Assembly (NCBI GenBank): GCA_028534125.1
Contig: CM052820.1
Location: 44,640,001-44,704,000, forward strand
DNA: 64,000 nucleotides
Origin: Lama glama
Lineage: Eukaryota
Direction of reading: 5' to 3'
Below the pieces are notes generated by a model. That model was given only the letters and a program-made list of their open reading frames with translations, searched no databases and had not been told where the DNA came from. Shown here piece after piece: positions 1-12,200 of this stretch. The stretch's first letter is position 1, and every line of letters begins with the position of its first letter. The translations under genes were made by a program, and so were the position numbers.

Positions 1-297
1 ACAAACCCGGACCCCCAGCTGCTTTTGACATCACGGAAGTCACCAACGAGTCATGTCTTCTAACATGGAACCCACCACGTGATGATGGTGGATCTAAAGT
101 CACAAATTATATCGTGGAGAGAAGAGCGACTGACAGTGAAGTGTGGCACAAGCTCTCGTCAACTGTCAAGGATACAAAGTTCAAGGCAACCAAGTTAACA
201 CCCAATAAAGAATATATCTTCAGAGTTGCTGCAGAAAACATGTATGGTGTTGGTGAGCCAGTTCAGGCCACTCCAATAACAGCCAAATTTCAGTTTG
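1..297 (+). CDS. TTN: Exon ~262, Fn3 (I/A junction)
   Basis: [10 protein letters not shown]...AKFQF; donor G|gtaagt; acceptor lies just outside the window. Confidence 0.93.
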
Positions 298-3200
298 GTA
301 AGTCGCCCATTAATCAGTAGGCTTTAAAAAAAAAAAAAAGGATGCTTGTGTCAAACTTGGATTTAGGTGTCATATTTATATACAGGACATATAACATGTT
401 ACTATCCTGTCTACAGATCCACCTGGACCTCCAACTCGCCTGGAACCTTCTGATATCACTAAAGATGCAGTGACTCTCACTTGGTGTGAGCCAGACGATG
501 ACGGTGGCAGCCCAATCACGGGATACTGGGTTGAAAGATTAGATCCTGATACTGATAAATGGGTTAGATGCAATAAGATGCCAATAAAGGACACAACATT
601 CAGGTATGCCCAAGTTTTCATCAAGATGTTAAAATAGCAGTGTAGACAATTTTTTATTCTTTAGCTTTCTTTCCTTTTGATTAAATATGATTATATATTA
701 TTATACAGTTTTTTATTTACTTATCTTTTCTATTACCACATAATTTCAAAAATGATATAAATTCTATTGAAGGACACATTTCTTAATTTCTTACTGTAAA
801 ATATCAAACTTTCTGGAAGTTACAAAGGGTTTGGTCCCCCAGCATATTATGACAATGATTATTTTTAGAGGTTCTATAATTAGGTAGATACATTTGACCA
901 AATCGAAAGTGTATGACAATTAAAAGGCAATTTTTACCTTATATTGAAATATTTTCAGTTAAATTTCCAAATTACAATTGAAATAAATTAGCTTCTTCTA
1001 TGTAAAACAAACAGAAGTTTCTGCTGCTTATCATGGTATTCAACTCACACTTTGTTCCTAATTCAGAGTGAAAGGCCTCACCAATAAGAAAAAATACAGA
1101 TTCCGCGTGTTGGCCGAAAATCTTGCGGGACCTGGAAAACCAAGCAGATCAACTGAGCCAGTCTTAATAAAGGATCCCATAGGTATTTATATACGTCTGT
1201 GATTTTGAAACTTATATTAATTCCTTTTGACAAGTCTAAATAATGATTTCACTTCGTTGGCTTGCAGATCCTCCATGGCCCCCTGGAAAACCAACCGTGA
1301 AAGATATAGGCAGAACATCATTAATGTTGAACTGGACAAAGCCAGAACACGATGGAGGGGCAAAGATCGAGTCTTACATCATTGAAATGCTAAAGACGGG
1401 AACAGAGGACTGGGTCCGAGTGGCCGAAGGGGTTCCCACCACTCAGCATTTGCTCCCAGGGCTCATGGAAGGGCAGGAGTACTCATTCCGAGTTAGAGCT
1501 GTGAACAAGGCCGGGGAGAGTGAACCCAGTGAACCCAGTGACCCTGTGCTTTGCCGGGAGAAGCTCTGTAAGTCACTATTGGTTATTGCATCCTTGCTGT
1601 ATGATCTCCTGGCGATCACTAGAGAATTTAGTGAAGACTGAATATTAGACAATAAAAAATTGTATTTTCTTTCTTCAGATCCCCCATCACCACCTCGCTG
1701 GCTTGAAGTTATTAACATTACCAAAAATACAGCAGACCTGAAGTGGACAGTTCCTGAGAAAGATGGAGGGTCCCCTATCACCAACTACATTGTGGAAAAG
1801 AGAGATGTGAGACGAAAAGGCTGGCAAACAGTGGACACAACTGTCAAGGACACCAAGTGCACAGTGACCCCATTGACAGAGGGTTCTTTATATGTGTTCC
1901 GAGTTGCTGCAGAAAACGCCATAGGACAAAGTGACTATTGTGAAGTCGAGGACTCTGTCCTGGCCAAAGACACCTTTAGTATGCTCTCTAACTTTGTCTT
2001 TGTGACACCATTTGTAAAGGATTATCACTTTTCCCTCTCATTTTTCTAACCACTGAATATTTTGCTTTCAGCCACCCCGGGACCACCCTATGCTCTGGCA
2101 GTGGTTGATGTCACAAAACGACATGTTGACCTGAAGTGGGAACCACCTAAAAATGACGGTGGAAAACCAATACAGAGGTAGAATTTTAATTAATTCATAA
2201 AGAAAAATTTGCATTTGGCTGAAAATTCTTAACTGTATTAATGCTAATGAAATGCTTTGCTATTTCAATAGATACGTCATTGAAAAGAAAGAAAAGTTAG
2301 GTACCCGTTGGGTGAAAGCTGGAAAGACCGCAGGACCTGACTGTAGCTTCAGAGTAACTGATGTTATTGAAGGAACAGAGGTCCAGTTTCAGGTTCGGGC
2401 AGAGAATGAAGCTGGAGTTGGTCACCCAAGTGAACCCACGGAAATCCTGACCATTGAAGATCCAACAAGTAAGTAGTGCTGATTAGACAAAGGATATTTG
2501 TATAGAGCTTGAGGATGAGATTGTGGATGTGAATGTTTCATTCTTTTTTCAGGTCCTCCTTCACCTCCCCTTGACCTACACGTGACTGATGCTGGGAGAA
2601 AGCACATTGCCATTGCTTGGAAACCTCCAGAGAAAAATGGTGGAAGTCCTATTATAGGTTACCATGTTGAAATGTGTCCAGTAGGCACTGAGAAATGGAT
2701 GCGAGTTAATTCTCGCCCAATAAAAGATTTGAAATACAAGGTTGAAGAAGGTGTTGTTCCTGACAAGGAGTACGTTCTGAGAGTGAGAGCCGTCAATGCT
2801 GTTGGTGTCAGTGAGCCATCTGAAATCTCTGAAAACGTGGTTGCCAAAGACCCAGACTGTAAGGACACAGTTTCTTTTATAATTTAAAAAATGGGCTTTA
2901 CTCGTGCATTGCATTTTTGACATTTTTTTAACCTCTTTTGGATTCTGTCTCACAGGCAAGCCAACAATTGATCTGGAGACTCATGACATTGTTGTCATTG
3001 NNNNNNNNNNNNNNNNNNNNNNNNNNNNNNNNNNNNNNNNNNNNNNNNNNNNNNNNNNNNNNNNNNNNNNNNNNNNNNNNNNNNNNNNNNNNNNNNNNNN
3101 NNNNNNNNNNNNNNNNNNNNNNNNNNNNNNNNNNNNNNNNNNNNNNNNNNNNNNNNNNNNNNNNNNNNNNNNCACCATTACCCTGGAGAATAAGCTTGGC

Positions 3201-6200
3201 TCAGCAACTGCCTCAATCAACGTCAAAGTCATAGGTAATCATTCTTTGATGATACACTAGACATTCTTCACATGTTGGGAAAATTAGTTAACTCTGCAGT
3301 GTTAGGATAAATGGCTTCATGAGTTGACCGTAAACTGAATGTCCTTTCAGATTATTTCTTCCCATATGAGAAGCAAAGCAATTCTAAAGCTAGTTAAAAG
3401 TTAAACTCTGATTACACCAACTTACTTCTGTTGTAATTATTTCCATGTGAAGTACTAGTTTAAATAAAAGATACAGCATACCCAAAAAACATTTAAAGAA
3501 CCAGTATTCATTATTCATTGTATTTGCATTTTTTCATAGTGTTCTCAACCAGGGGTAGTAACATTTTCTGCCCTCTTCCTCCCCACACATGGATGGTATT
3601 TGGGGGTCCATTTTTGCTTGGAACAAAGGGGAGCCACTGACATTTAGTAGTTGGGAGCCAAAGATGCTACATGGTCTGCAATGTAAGGGACACTCAGCAC
3701 AGCAAAGATTATTCTACCAAGATGTGAATAGTCCTACTTAGAGAAAGAGTGTGCTATTAATATGCTGACTTTTCAGATTACAGTAATAATTATCAATTTG
3801 ATTTCTAACAGGCCTACCTGGACCATGCAAAGATATTAAAGCAAGTGACATCACCAAGAGTTCTTGTAAATTAACCTGGGAACCTCCAGAATATGATGGT
3901 GGAAGCCCAATTCTTCATTATGTCCTGGAACGCAGAGAAGCCGGGAGAAGGACATATATACCAGTCATGTCTGGTGAGAACAAATTATCTTGGACTGTAA
4001 AAGATCTCATACCAAATGGTGAATACTTCTTCCGTGTCAAAGCTGTCAACAAGATTGGTGGAGGCGAATATATTGAACTGAAAAATCCAGTTATTGCTCA
4101 AGATCCAAAGCGTAAGTCTGGGCATGAATGTAATGTAGCTAGTAGTGAACATGCAATTTTTATTTTAAGAAGATGGGTTTCCCATTTTAACAGTTATTTC
4201 TTGTCTTCAGAGCCCCCTGACCCACCTGTAGATGTTGAGGTTCATAATCCTACAGCTGAGGCAATGACTATTACATGGAAGCCACCTTTGTACGATGGAG
4301 GGAGCAAGATCATGGGTTACATCATAGAGAAGATTGCTAAGGGTGAAGAGAGATGGAAGAGGTGCAATGAACACCTGGTACCAGTCCTGACCTATACAGC
4401 AAAGGGACTTGAAGAAGGAAAGGAATACCAATTCCGTGTGCGAGCAGAAAATGCTGCTGGTATTGGCGAACCTTCTAGGGCCACTCCTCCAACCAAAGCT
4501 GTAGATCCTATTGGTACGTTTTGTTTAATGGGGTTGCCATTTCCCCTTGTAAAACAAATGAGAATAATGTTTTGCCAGATATTTTAATCAGAATTGAAAC
4601 AAGTATTGTTTTTAATCATTACAGATGCCCCGAAAGTCATTATGAGAACAAGCCTAGAAGTGAGGCGAGGTGATGAAATAGCGCTTGATGCAACTATTTC
4701 TGGGTCACCTTACCCAACTATTACATGGCTAAAGGATGAAAAAGTCATCATACCAGAGGAAATTAAGAAGCGAGCAGCACCCCTAGTTAGGAGGAAGAGG
4801 GGTGAAGTTCAAGAAGAAGAGCCATTTTTCCTGCCTCTGACAGAACGTTTGAGTATTGACAATAGTAAAAAAGGAGAATCTCAGCTACGTGTCCGAGATT
4901 CTCTCCGACCTGACCACGGGCTGTTTATGATCAAAGTTGAAAATGACCATGGTATTGCAAAAGCTCCCTGTACTGTCAGTGTGCTAGGTAAGTAGGTAAA
5001 ACTATACTTCCCGATAGAAGAAAGTTAATATCAGAGTTTTAGTAACACACAAAAATAAGGAGTTTGGGGCAGGGTGGGGGAGTTAAAAGAAATGGGAAAC
5101 AGCTTCAGCAAGGTATTCTCAGTCCCATTTTCTTCTCCTGGCTATGTAAAAGAAGTCAACTGACTTTGTTATTCATCAGCTAATGTGATACAAAGATAGA
5201 CAGACGTAGGAAAAACAGAAGCTGATGTCAGAGAAGCACACTAAACATTTACATTTTCCGTTGCAACCATTTCTACACAAATTTTTAATAATTTCTTTCT
5301 TTCAAAATATCAGATATACCAGGACCACCAATCAACTTCATATTCGAAGAAGTTAGAAAGAACTCAGTCGTCTGTAAATGGGAACCACCCCTAGATGATG
5401 GTGGCAGTGAAATTATAAACTACACTTTGGAAAAGAAAGACAAGACAAAACCTGACTCAGAATGGATTATTGTCACTGCTACCCTTAGACATTGCAAATA
5501 CCCAGTGACGAAGTTGATTGAAGGAAAGGAGTACCTCTTCCGTGTAAGAGCTGAAAATAGGTTTGGGCCTGGACCACCATGTGTTTCAAAGCCACTTACA
5601 GCTAAAGATCCATTTGGTAAGGTTCTTTAGCATCTAAACTTTGCCTTTTTATCATATGTTGGTATCTACATTATCACAGCTTGTAAACTTGAATTCTTAT
5701 CTCATACTAGGGAATTAATTTAAGTATGCCCCCCCTTTTTTTAATCAGAACCTCCTGACGCACCTGATAAGCCCATTGTGGAAGATGTTACCAGCAACAG
5801 TATGCTAGTGACATGGAATGAACCAAAAGATAATGGAAGCCCCATCCTGGGTTACTGGCTGGAAAAACGTGAGGTTAACAGTACACACTGGTCTCGTGTC
5901 AACAGAAACCTTCTGAATGCTTTGAAGACCAAAGTAGACGGCCTATTAGAAGGTCTCACCTATGTCTTCAGAGTATGTGCCGAAAATGCAGCTGGACCTG
6001 GAAAGTTCAGTCCCCCTTCAGATCCCAAAACAGCACATGATCCAATCTGTAAGTAATCCCTTAAGAAGAAAGTAGGGTACAGCATGGGCACTATAATTAT
6101 CAGTACTATATTATATGCTTGAAAATTGTCAAGAGAGTAGATCTTAAGTGGTATCAAAAATGGTAATTATGTGAGGGGCTAGGGGTATTATTATGTGGTA

Positions 6201-9200
6201 CAACATTATCGTGGTAATTATTCTGCAATATATGCATGTATCAAATCATCATATTGTACACCTTAAACTTACATGTGGTATATGACAATAGGATCTATTA
6301 AATAAAGCTGGAAAAAAATCAAACTAAATACTAGCAATAGTAGACGTGACTACAGACATGTCTCTTGAGGTTGCAATGTAAAATTTCAAACATCTGTATA
6401 GATAACTTGAAAGTTTCACAAAACAGTATTTACCCATATACCTGCAACACAAAAGGAAAGTGGGATAGCGTAAGCTACTGTACATTTTAAAACCATCAGT
6501 GAGTTCTGATTTGTGTGTCTGCATTCATTCTAGCTCCACCTGGGCCACCTATCCCGAGAGTCACTGACACAAGTTCTACAGCTATTGAACTAGCATGGGA
6601 ACCCCCAGCTTTCAATGGTGGTGGGGAAATCATTGGCTACTTTGTCGATAAGCAGCTGGTTGGCACAAATGAATGGTCACGCTGCACAGAGAAGATGATC
6701 AAGGCCCGTGAGTACACTGTCAAAGAAGTCCGAGAGGGTGCCGATTATAAACTTCGAGTGAGTGCTGTCAATGCTGCAGGTGAAGGACCGCCTGGAGAAA
6801 CAGAACCTGTGACTGTGGCTGAACCACAAGGTACTTAAAAGTTACATGAATAAGATTATGGATGTTTTCCCAGTATGGGATTTTTTTTTAACTTTTTTTT
6901 AAATTGAAGTATAGTCAGTTTACAATGTTGTATCAATTTCTGGTGTTTAGCACAATGCTTCAGTCATACATGAATATACATATATTTGTTTTCATATTCT
7001 TTTTCACCAAGATATCAAATATAGTTCCCTGTGCTATACAGTATAAACCTGTTAATCTATTTTATAGGATTTTCTTTTTTATCTTTCTTTCATGATTGTT
7101 CTCTTTCAACAGAGCCTCCAACTGTGGAACTAGATGTTTCTGTCAAGGCTGGAATACAGATAATGGCTGGGAAAACTCTTAGAATTCCAGCTGTGGTAAC
7201 TGGTCGTCCTGTGCCAACAAGAGTGTGGACCAAAGAAGAAGGAGACCTGGATAAAGACCGTGTTGTAATAGAGAACGTTGGAACCAAATCTGAACTAATT
7301 ATCAAGGATGCATTGAGAAAAGATCATGGCAGATATGTGATTACAGCTACCAACAGCTGTGGTTCCAAATTTGCAGCAGCCAGGGTAGAAGTTTTTGGTA
7401 AGGAATATTACATGGATTTCCATAGGATTTTTCCCAAGTGATACTGTNNNNNNNNNNNNNNNNNNNNNNNNNNNNNNNNNNNNNNNNNNNNNNNNNNNNN
7501 NNNNNNNNNNNNNNNNNNNNNNNNNNNNNNNNNNNNNNNNNNNNNNNNNNNNNNNNNNNNNNNNNNNNNNNNNNNNNNNNNNNNNNNNNNNNNNNNNNTT
7601 ATTATTGAAAGAAAAGATGCTAAGATGCATACCTGGAGACAGCCAATAGAGACGGAAAGATCCAAATGTGATATCACGGGTCTCCTTGAGGGACAAGAAT
7701 ATATGTTCCGTGTGATTGCCAAGAACAAGTTTGGCTGTGGCCCTCCTGTTGAAATAGGACCAATTCTTGCAGTTGATCCACTAGGTAAGAGAGAAAGTCT
7801 TCATTGTGTTTTCAAAGTAAAATACTGACTCCTTCTAGTTATGTCATTTATGTATTGAGATTTATGGCTTCAAATTTCCAATAGTCTCAAGACCTATGGC
7901 TGGAGAGAAATAAGAAAGGTAAACCAAATAACTACCAGCAACTTTAAGAAAACCATAATTGCTGTATTTTCAACATAATTTTTGCACAAAACAACATAGT
8001 TTTGTGTACTGAAAAACCTGAATCACTGGAGCTTAACAATAACCTAAAAATAGTTGAAATATTACATCTTAGTAATAAAATATACTGGAGAAATTTAATA
8101 GTCTACTACTTAAAGAGAGTTCATTGTTTCTAAAAGACTACAGGACAGGTAACTGCCTTAGCATAAATGCTTTGGCCTCCTTTAAGCCCTCAAGTAGTCC
8201 CTACACTGGAAGGATATGGAAGCCCCCAAACCAGAAAGAGCCACCAAAGAATAGAAGACCAACCAAAGGAAATCTCCTTCACCAGTATGAACAAATATAA
8301 GGCCCTAAAATTGCACACACTTGGTAATACACACTGACATCCCATCCAAGAAAGCAAAGTCTCTGCGGATGACCCATTCCCAAGAGACAGAGGAATTATT
8401 CCTCCACCACCACTTCCTCCCCCTAGAAACAAGATTCCATTCTCACTGTAACAGCTCATCTCAGAATGTCTATTACCGCTTAAGTTGTGCCAGAAAGAAC
8501 AGAACAGAGTTGGGTTGCAGTAACAGTCAAGAATGGATTGGGTCAACCTTTACCATTCAAAGCTTGTTCTGTTTTGTTTGTCGAGACACAAAACTGCAGC
8601 AGCATTACAAACATTCTCTTTCCACTCCATTTTAAACCCGCCCTTGAGAGAGCATGGTTCAAAGTGTGTTCAGTAGACATATCCATTGTCTGTTAATAAG
8701 CGAGGAATGCTTTGCCCTCAGCTGGTCATTCAAAGCAAAACTTCAGAGACAGCCCTCCTCGTTCCTTAAAATTAGAAGTTTCCCCAGTGACAGAGGTAAA
8801 ATATCTAAAATGCTAAATGTAAAAAAGCATATGTGTACCTCGGTTTATTTTTAATCAATAATCTTGACTATCGAGTTTACTAAGAAAAATTCTGCCTATA
8901 TGAATGCCTGTAATTCTGGTAGCGGAGACATTTTTAGTATTTTAAAGACAGATGTAACATTATAACAAACAGAAACCTGGTTTTCACATAATTAATTTAA
9001 GTGAAATGTTATTTTTTAACATGAATGTTTATTTCATTCTTGTCATTTCAACTTGCTTCTGGTTAAAGGCCCTCCAACGTCTCCCGAGAGGCTCACATAC
9101 ACGGAAAGGACCAAGTCCACTATCACCCTTGACTGGAAAGAGCCCCGCAGTAATGGTGGCAGCCCCATCCAAGGCTATATCATTGAAAAACGGCGTCACG

Positions 9201-12200
9201 ACAAACCTGACTTTGAAAGAGTTAACAAGCGACTCTGCCCAACCACGTCTTTTCTGGTTGAAGATCTCGATGAACACCAAATGTATGAGTTCCGTGTCAA
9301 GGCTGTCAACGAAATTGGTGAAAGTGAACCGTCCCTGCCTCTTAATGTGGTCATACAAGATGATGAAGGTGTGTAATCTGAACATAATAAATAATGACTT
9401 TAATGTACTTTTAGTAACAGGTAGAGCAAACAGCCTTATGACTTTGCTATTTTTTTCTTTCCCTTTTCTTCACAGTGCCTCCAACTATTAAGTTGCGCCT
9501 GTCTGTTCGAGGAGACACTATCAAAGTTAAGGCAGGAGAGCCTGTTAACATCCCTGCAGATGTGACAGGCCTTCCAATGCCTAAGATTGAGTGGTCCAAG
9601 AATGAGAAAGTGATTGAAAAACCCACTGATGCACTTAAGATAACCAAGGAAGAAGTATCCCGAAGTGAGGCAAAGACTGAGCTTAGCATTCCCAAAGCAG
9701 TCCGGGAGGACAAAGGCACTTACACAGTCACTGCTTCTAACCGCCTTGGCTCAGTGTTCCGAAATGTTCATGTTGAAGTATACGGTAAGTGACGTGCCTT
9801 CTTATAAAAATACAAAATCTGGTGACTGTTCAAGAATTTCCTTCTCAATCTCCTCTGTTGGTTCCTTTTCAGACCGTCCATCCCCACCAAGAAATCTTGC
9901 TGTTACTGACATTAAAGCTGAATCTTGCTACTTAACATGGGATGCCCCTCTAGACAATGGTGGCAGTGAAATCACCCATTATGTCATTGACAAACGCGAT
10001 GCAAGTAGGAAGAAAGCTGAATGGGAAGAAGTCACCAACACTGCTGTAGAGAGAAGATATGGGGTAAACTCTCCTAAGTATTTTCGTATGCACATTAAAA
10101 GGACATGACTCTGAATTAACACCATTCTAGCATAACCTTGGAATTTAAAGATTAAATTCAAAACCACACACAAAAACCTTTAGTATAGTTTTCAGCACCA
10201 TGCACTTGAGGCTACTTAGTAAATACTATCTGATACACAGATTGTCTTTTACTTGAGAGATCCACAATTAGGTACAATAAATGTACACATTCTCATTTTA
10301 AAAGACTTTCTCCATGTTTGAGTATGTATATTTATTTGAGTTTACAGATGTACTTCTTTTTAGAGTCTTCTCTACCAAAATAGTCTGAATTTTAAAACAA
10401 GTGAAAATCAATGTAAGAATATTATTTTTAAGAAATTATTATTCGTCTGATTTCTAGATCTGGAAACTTATCCCTAATGGTCAGTATGAGTTCCGAGTTA
10501 GAGCAGTGAATAAATATGGAACCAGTGATGAATGCAAGTCAGATAAAGTGGTCATTCAAGATCCTTATCGTCCACCTGGACCTCCGGGAAAACCAAAAGT
10601 TTTGGAGCGCACCAAAGGGTCGATGCTAGTGAGCTGGACTCCCCCTTTGGACAATGGCGGCTCTCCAATTACTGGCTACTGGCTGGAGAAGAGAGAAGAG
10701 GGAGGTGCCTACTGGTCACGTGTGAGCCGAGCACCAATAACCAAAATGGGATTGAAAGGCGTGGAATTTAACGTTCCCCGTTTGATTGAAGGTGTGAAAT
10801 ACCAGTTCAGAGCAATGGCAATCAACGCTGCGGGAGTTGGCCCTCCCAGTGAACCATCAGATCCAGCTGTTGCAGGAGATCCCATATGTAAGTATGCTTC
10901 CACTTCTGAAATTTGGAAAGGGCAGAGCCAGTAAATGCTCTTAAATTTCTTGTATTTTTCTATGCTAAGTTATTTTATTAAAATAAAAACTTTCATCCTT
11001 AAGACTATTAGAAGTATGTTTGTGTGTATACACATATACACAAATTATTCATACATATCTAATGTATCTGCACACATATGTATACATACAAAAAGTCATA
11101 TAGTTTTTACTCTTAGATTAAACCTAAGATTATATGAGGAATCACAATAATAAAGACCCTAGACTATGAACTCCCCTCTGCTCCCATACCTTACATAAAC
11201 CTCTGTCTCATTAATTTGATACTGTGGAAATTCTCTCTCTCACTAAACAGTCAGACCATCCAGTGTGAGTTCAACAAAAAGCAAAATGTTGTTAAATTTT
11301 CAATAATACTTTTGCACAAAGATGTAAGATTTTCAAGCACAGTCTGTGAGGTCAAATAAAAAACTCTGAAAGATCTATGAGCAGATCAGTTCAAAAATCA
11401 GAGTCTCTGGGGGGGAAAAAATCAACTCTTTATTAAAAAGACAAGATAACCTAAGTTCTATATGGAACACATCTATAAAATGAATTATTCATTCGTTCTG
11501 CGAGCTAGTATTAAACATATGCTGTGTACAAGGCACTGTCAGAAATGTAATGGATTGTCATGTGATTGGGGCAGGGTCAACGTCTACAATAAAGGGCATT
11601 AAGATTAGCTTGTGTTCAAAGGTTTACCAGCGAAAGATGAAATCATTTTTTAACTTTAATTTTATGGTAAATTAAAATAAGTTTTTAGTAGAAAAATATT
11701 GCAGAATCTCTTCAAAGGAATCTCAAAAGTAAGAGCTGTTCACCAATTGTATATAAATAGTCTTTCCAATCCCAGTCGGTTGTTTGCTTTCTTTGTTTTA
11801 GCATTAATGCTAAATGGAAATAGACTGTCTTAGACTTCTCTAGAAAGTAATTTATTCTTTTGGCATTCCTATTTTAATAGATTAATAAAGTATGATCATG
11901 TATAATGTAACATTCTTATGGTGTATAGATCTAGCATCCAGCTTTAAAACTTGATGTTGTTTTTTTTCCTCTTATTAGATCCACCTGGGCCACCTTCTCG
12001 TCCAGAGGTCAAAGATAAAACAAAGTCAAGCATCTCACTAGCATGGAAACCTCCAGCCAAAGATGGTGGCAGCCCAATCAAAGGATACATTGTAGAAATG
12101 CAGGAAGAAGGTAGTACTGACTGGAAGAGCGTAAATGAACCAGACAAACTCTTAACTACCTGTGAATGTGTGGTGCCAAATTTGAAAGAGCTCAGAAAGT

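Noticed and set aside
8335-8337. In-frame TGA as selenocysteine or programmed readthrough
   Set aside because: Context is TGA-CAT rather than TGA-CTAG, and I could not identify a SECIS-like hairpin downstream.
8190-8854. ORFs 8190-8546 (-), 8321-8635, 8487-8696 and 8654-8854 as independent small proteins
   Set aside because: No recognisable domain, and some start at non-ATG codons. Only the + frame in phase with titin has matching splice sites.
1-9068. The Cronos promoter itself
   Set aside because: Cronos starts near exon 240, upstream of this window, which begins at about exon 262.
11485-11545. L2-like tail in intron 282 (and a MIR-like trace near 19265-19370)
   Set aside because: Too short and diverged to call by eye.
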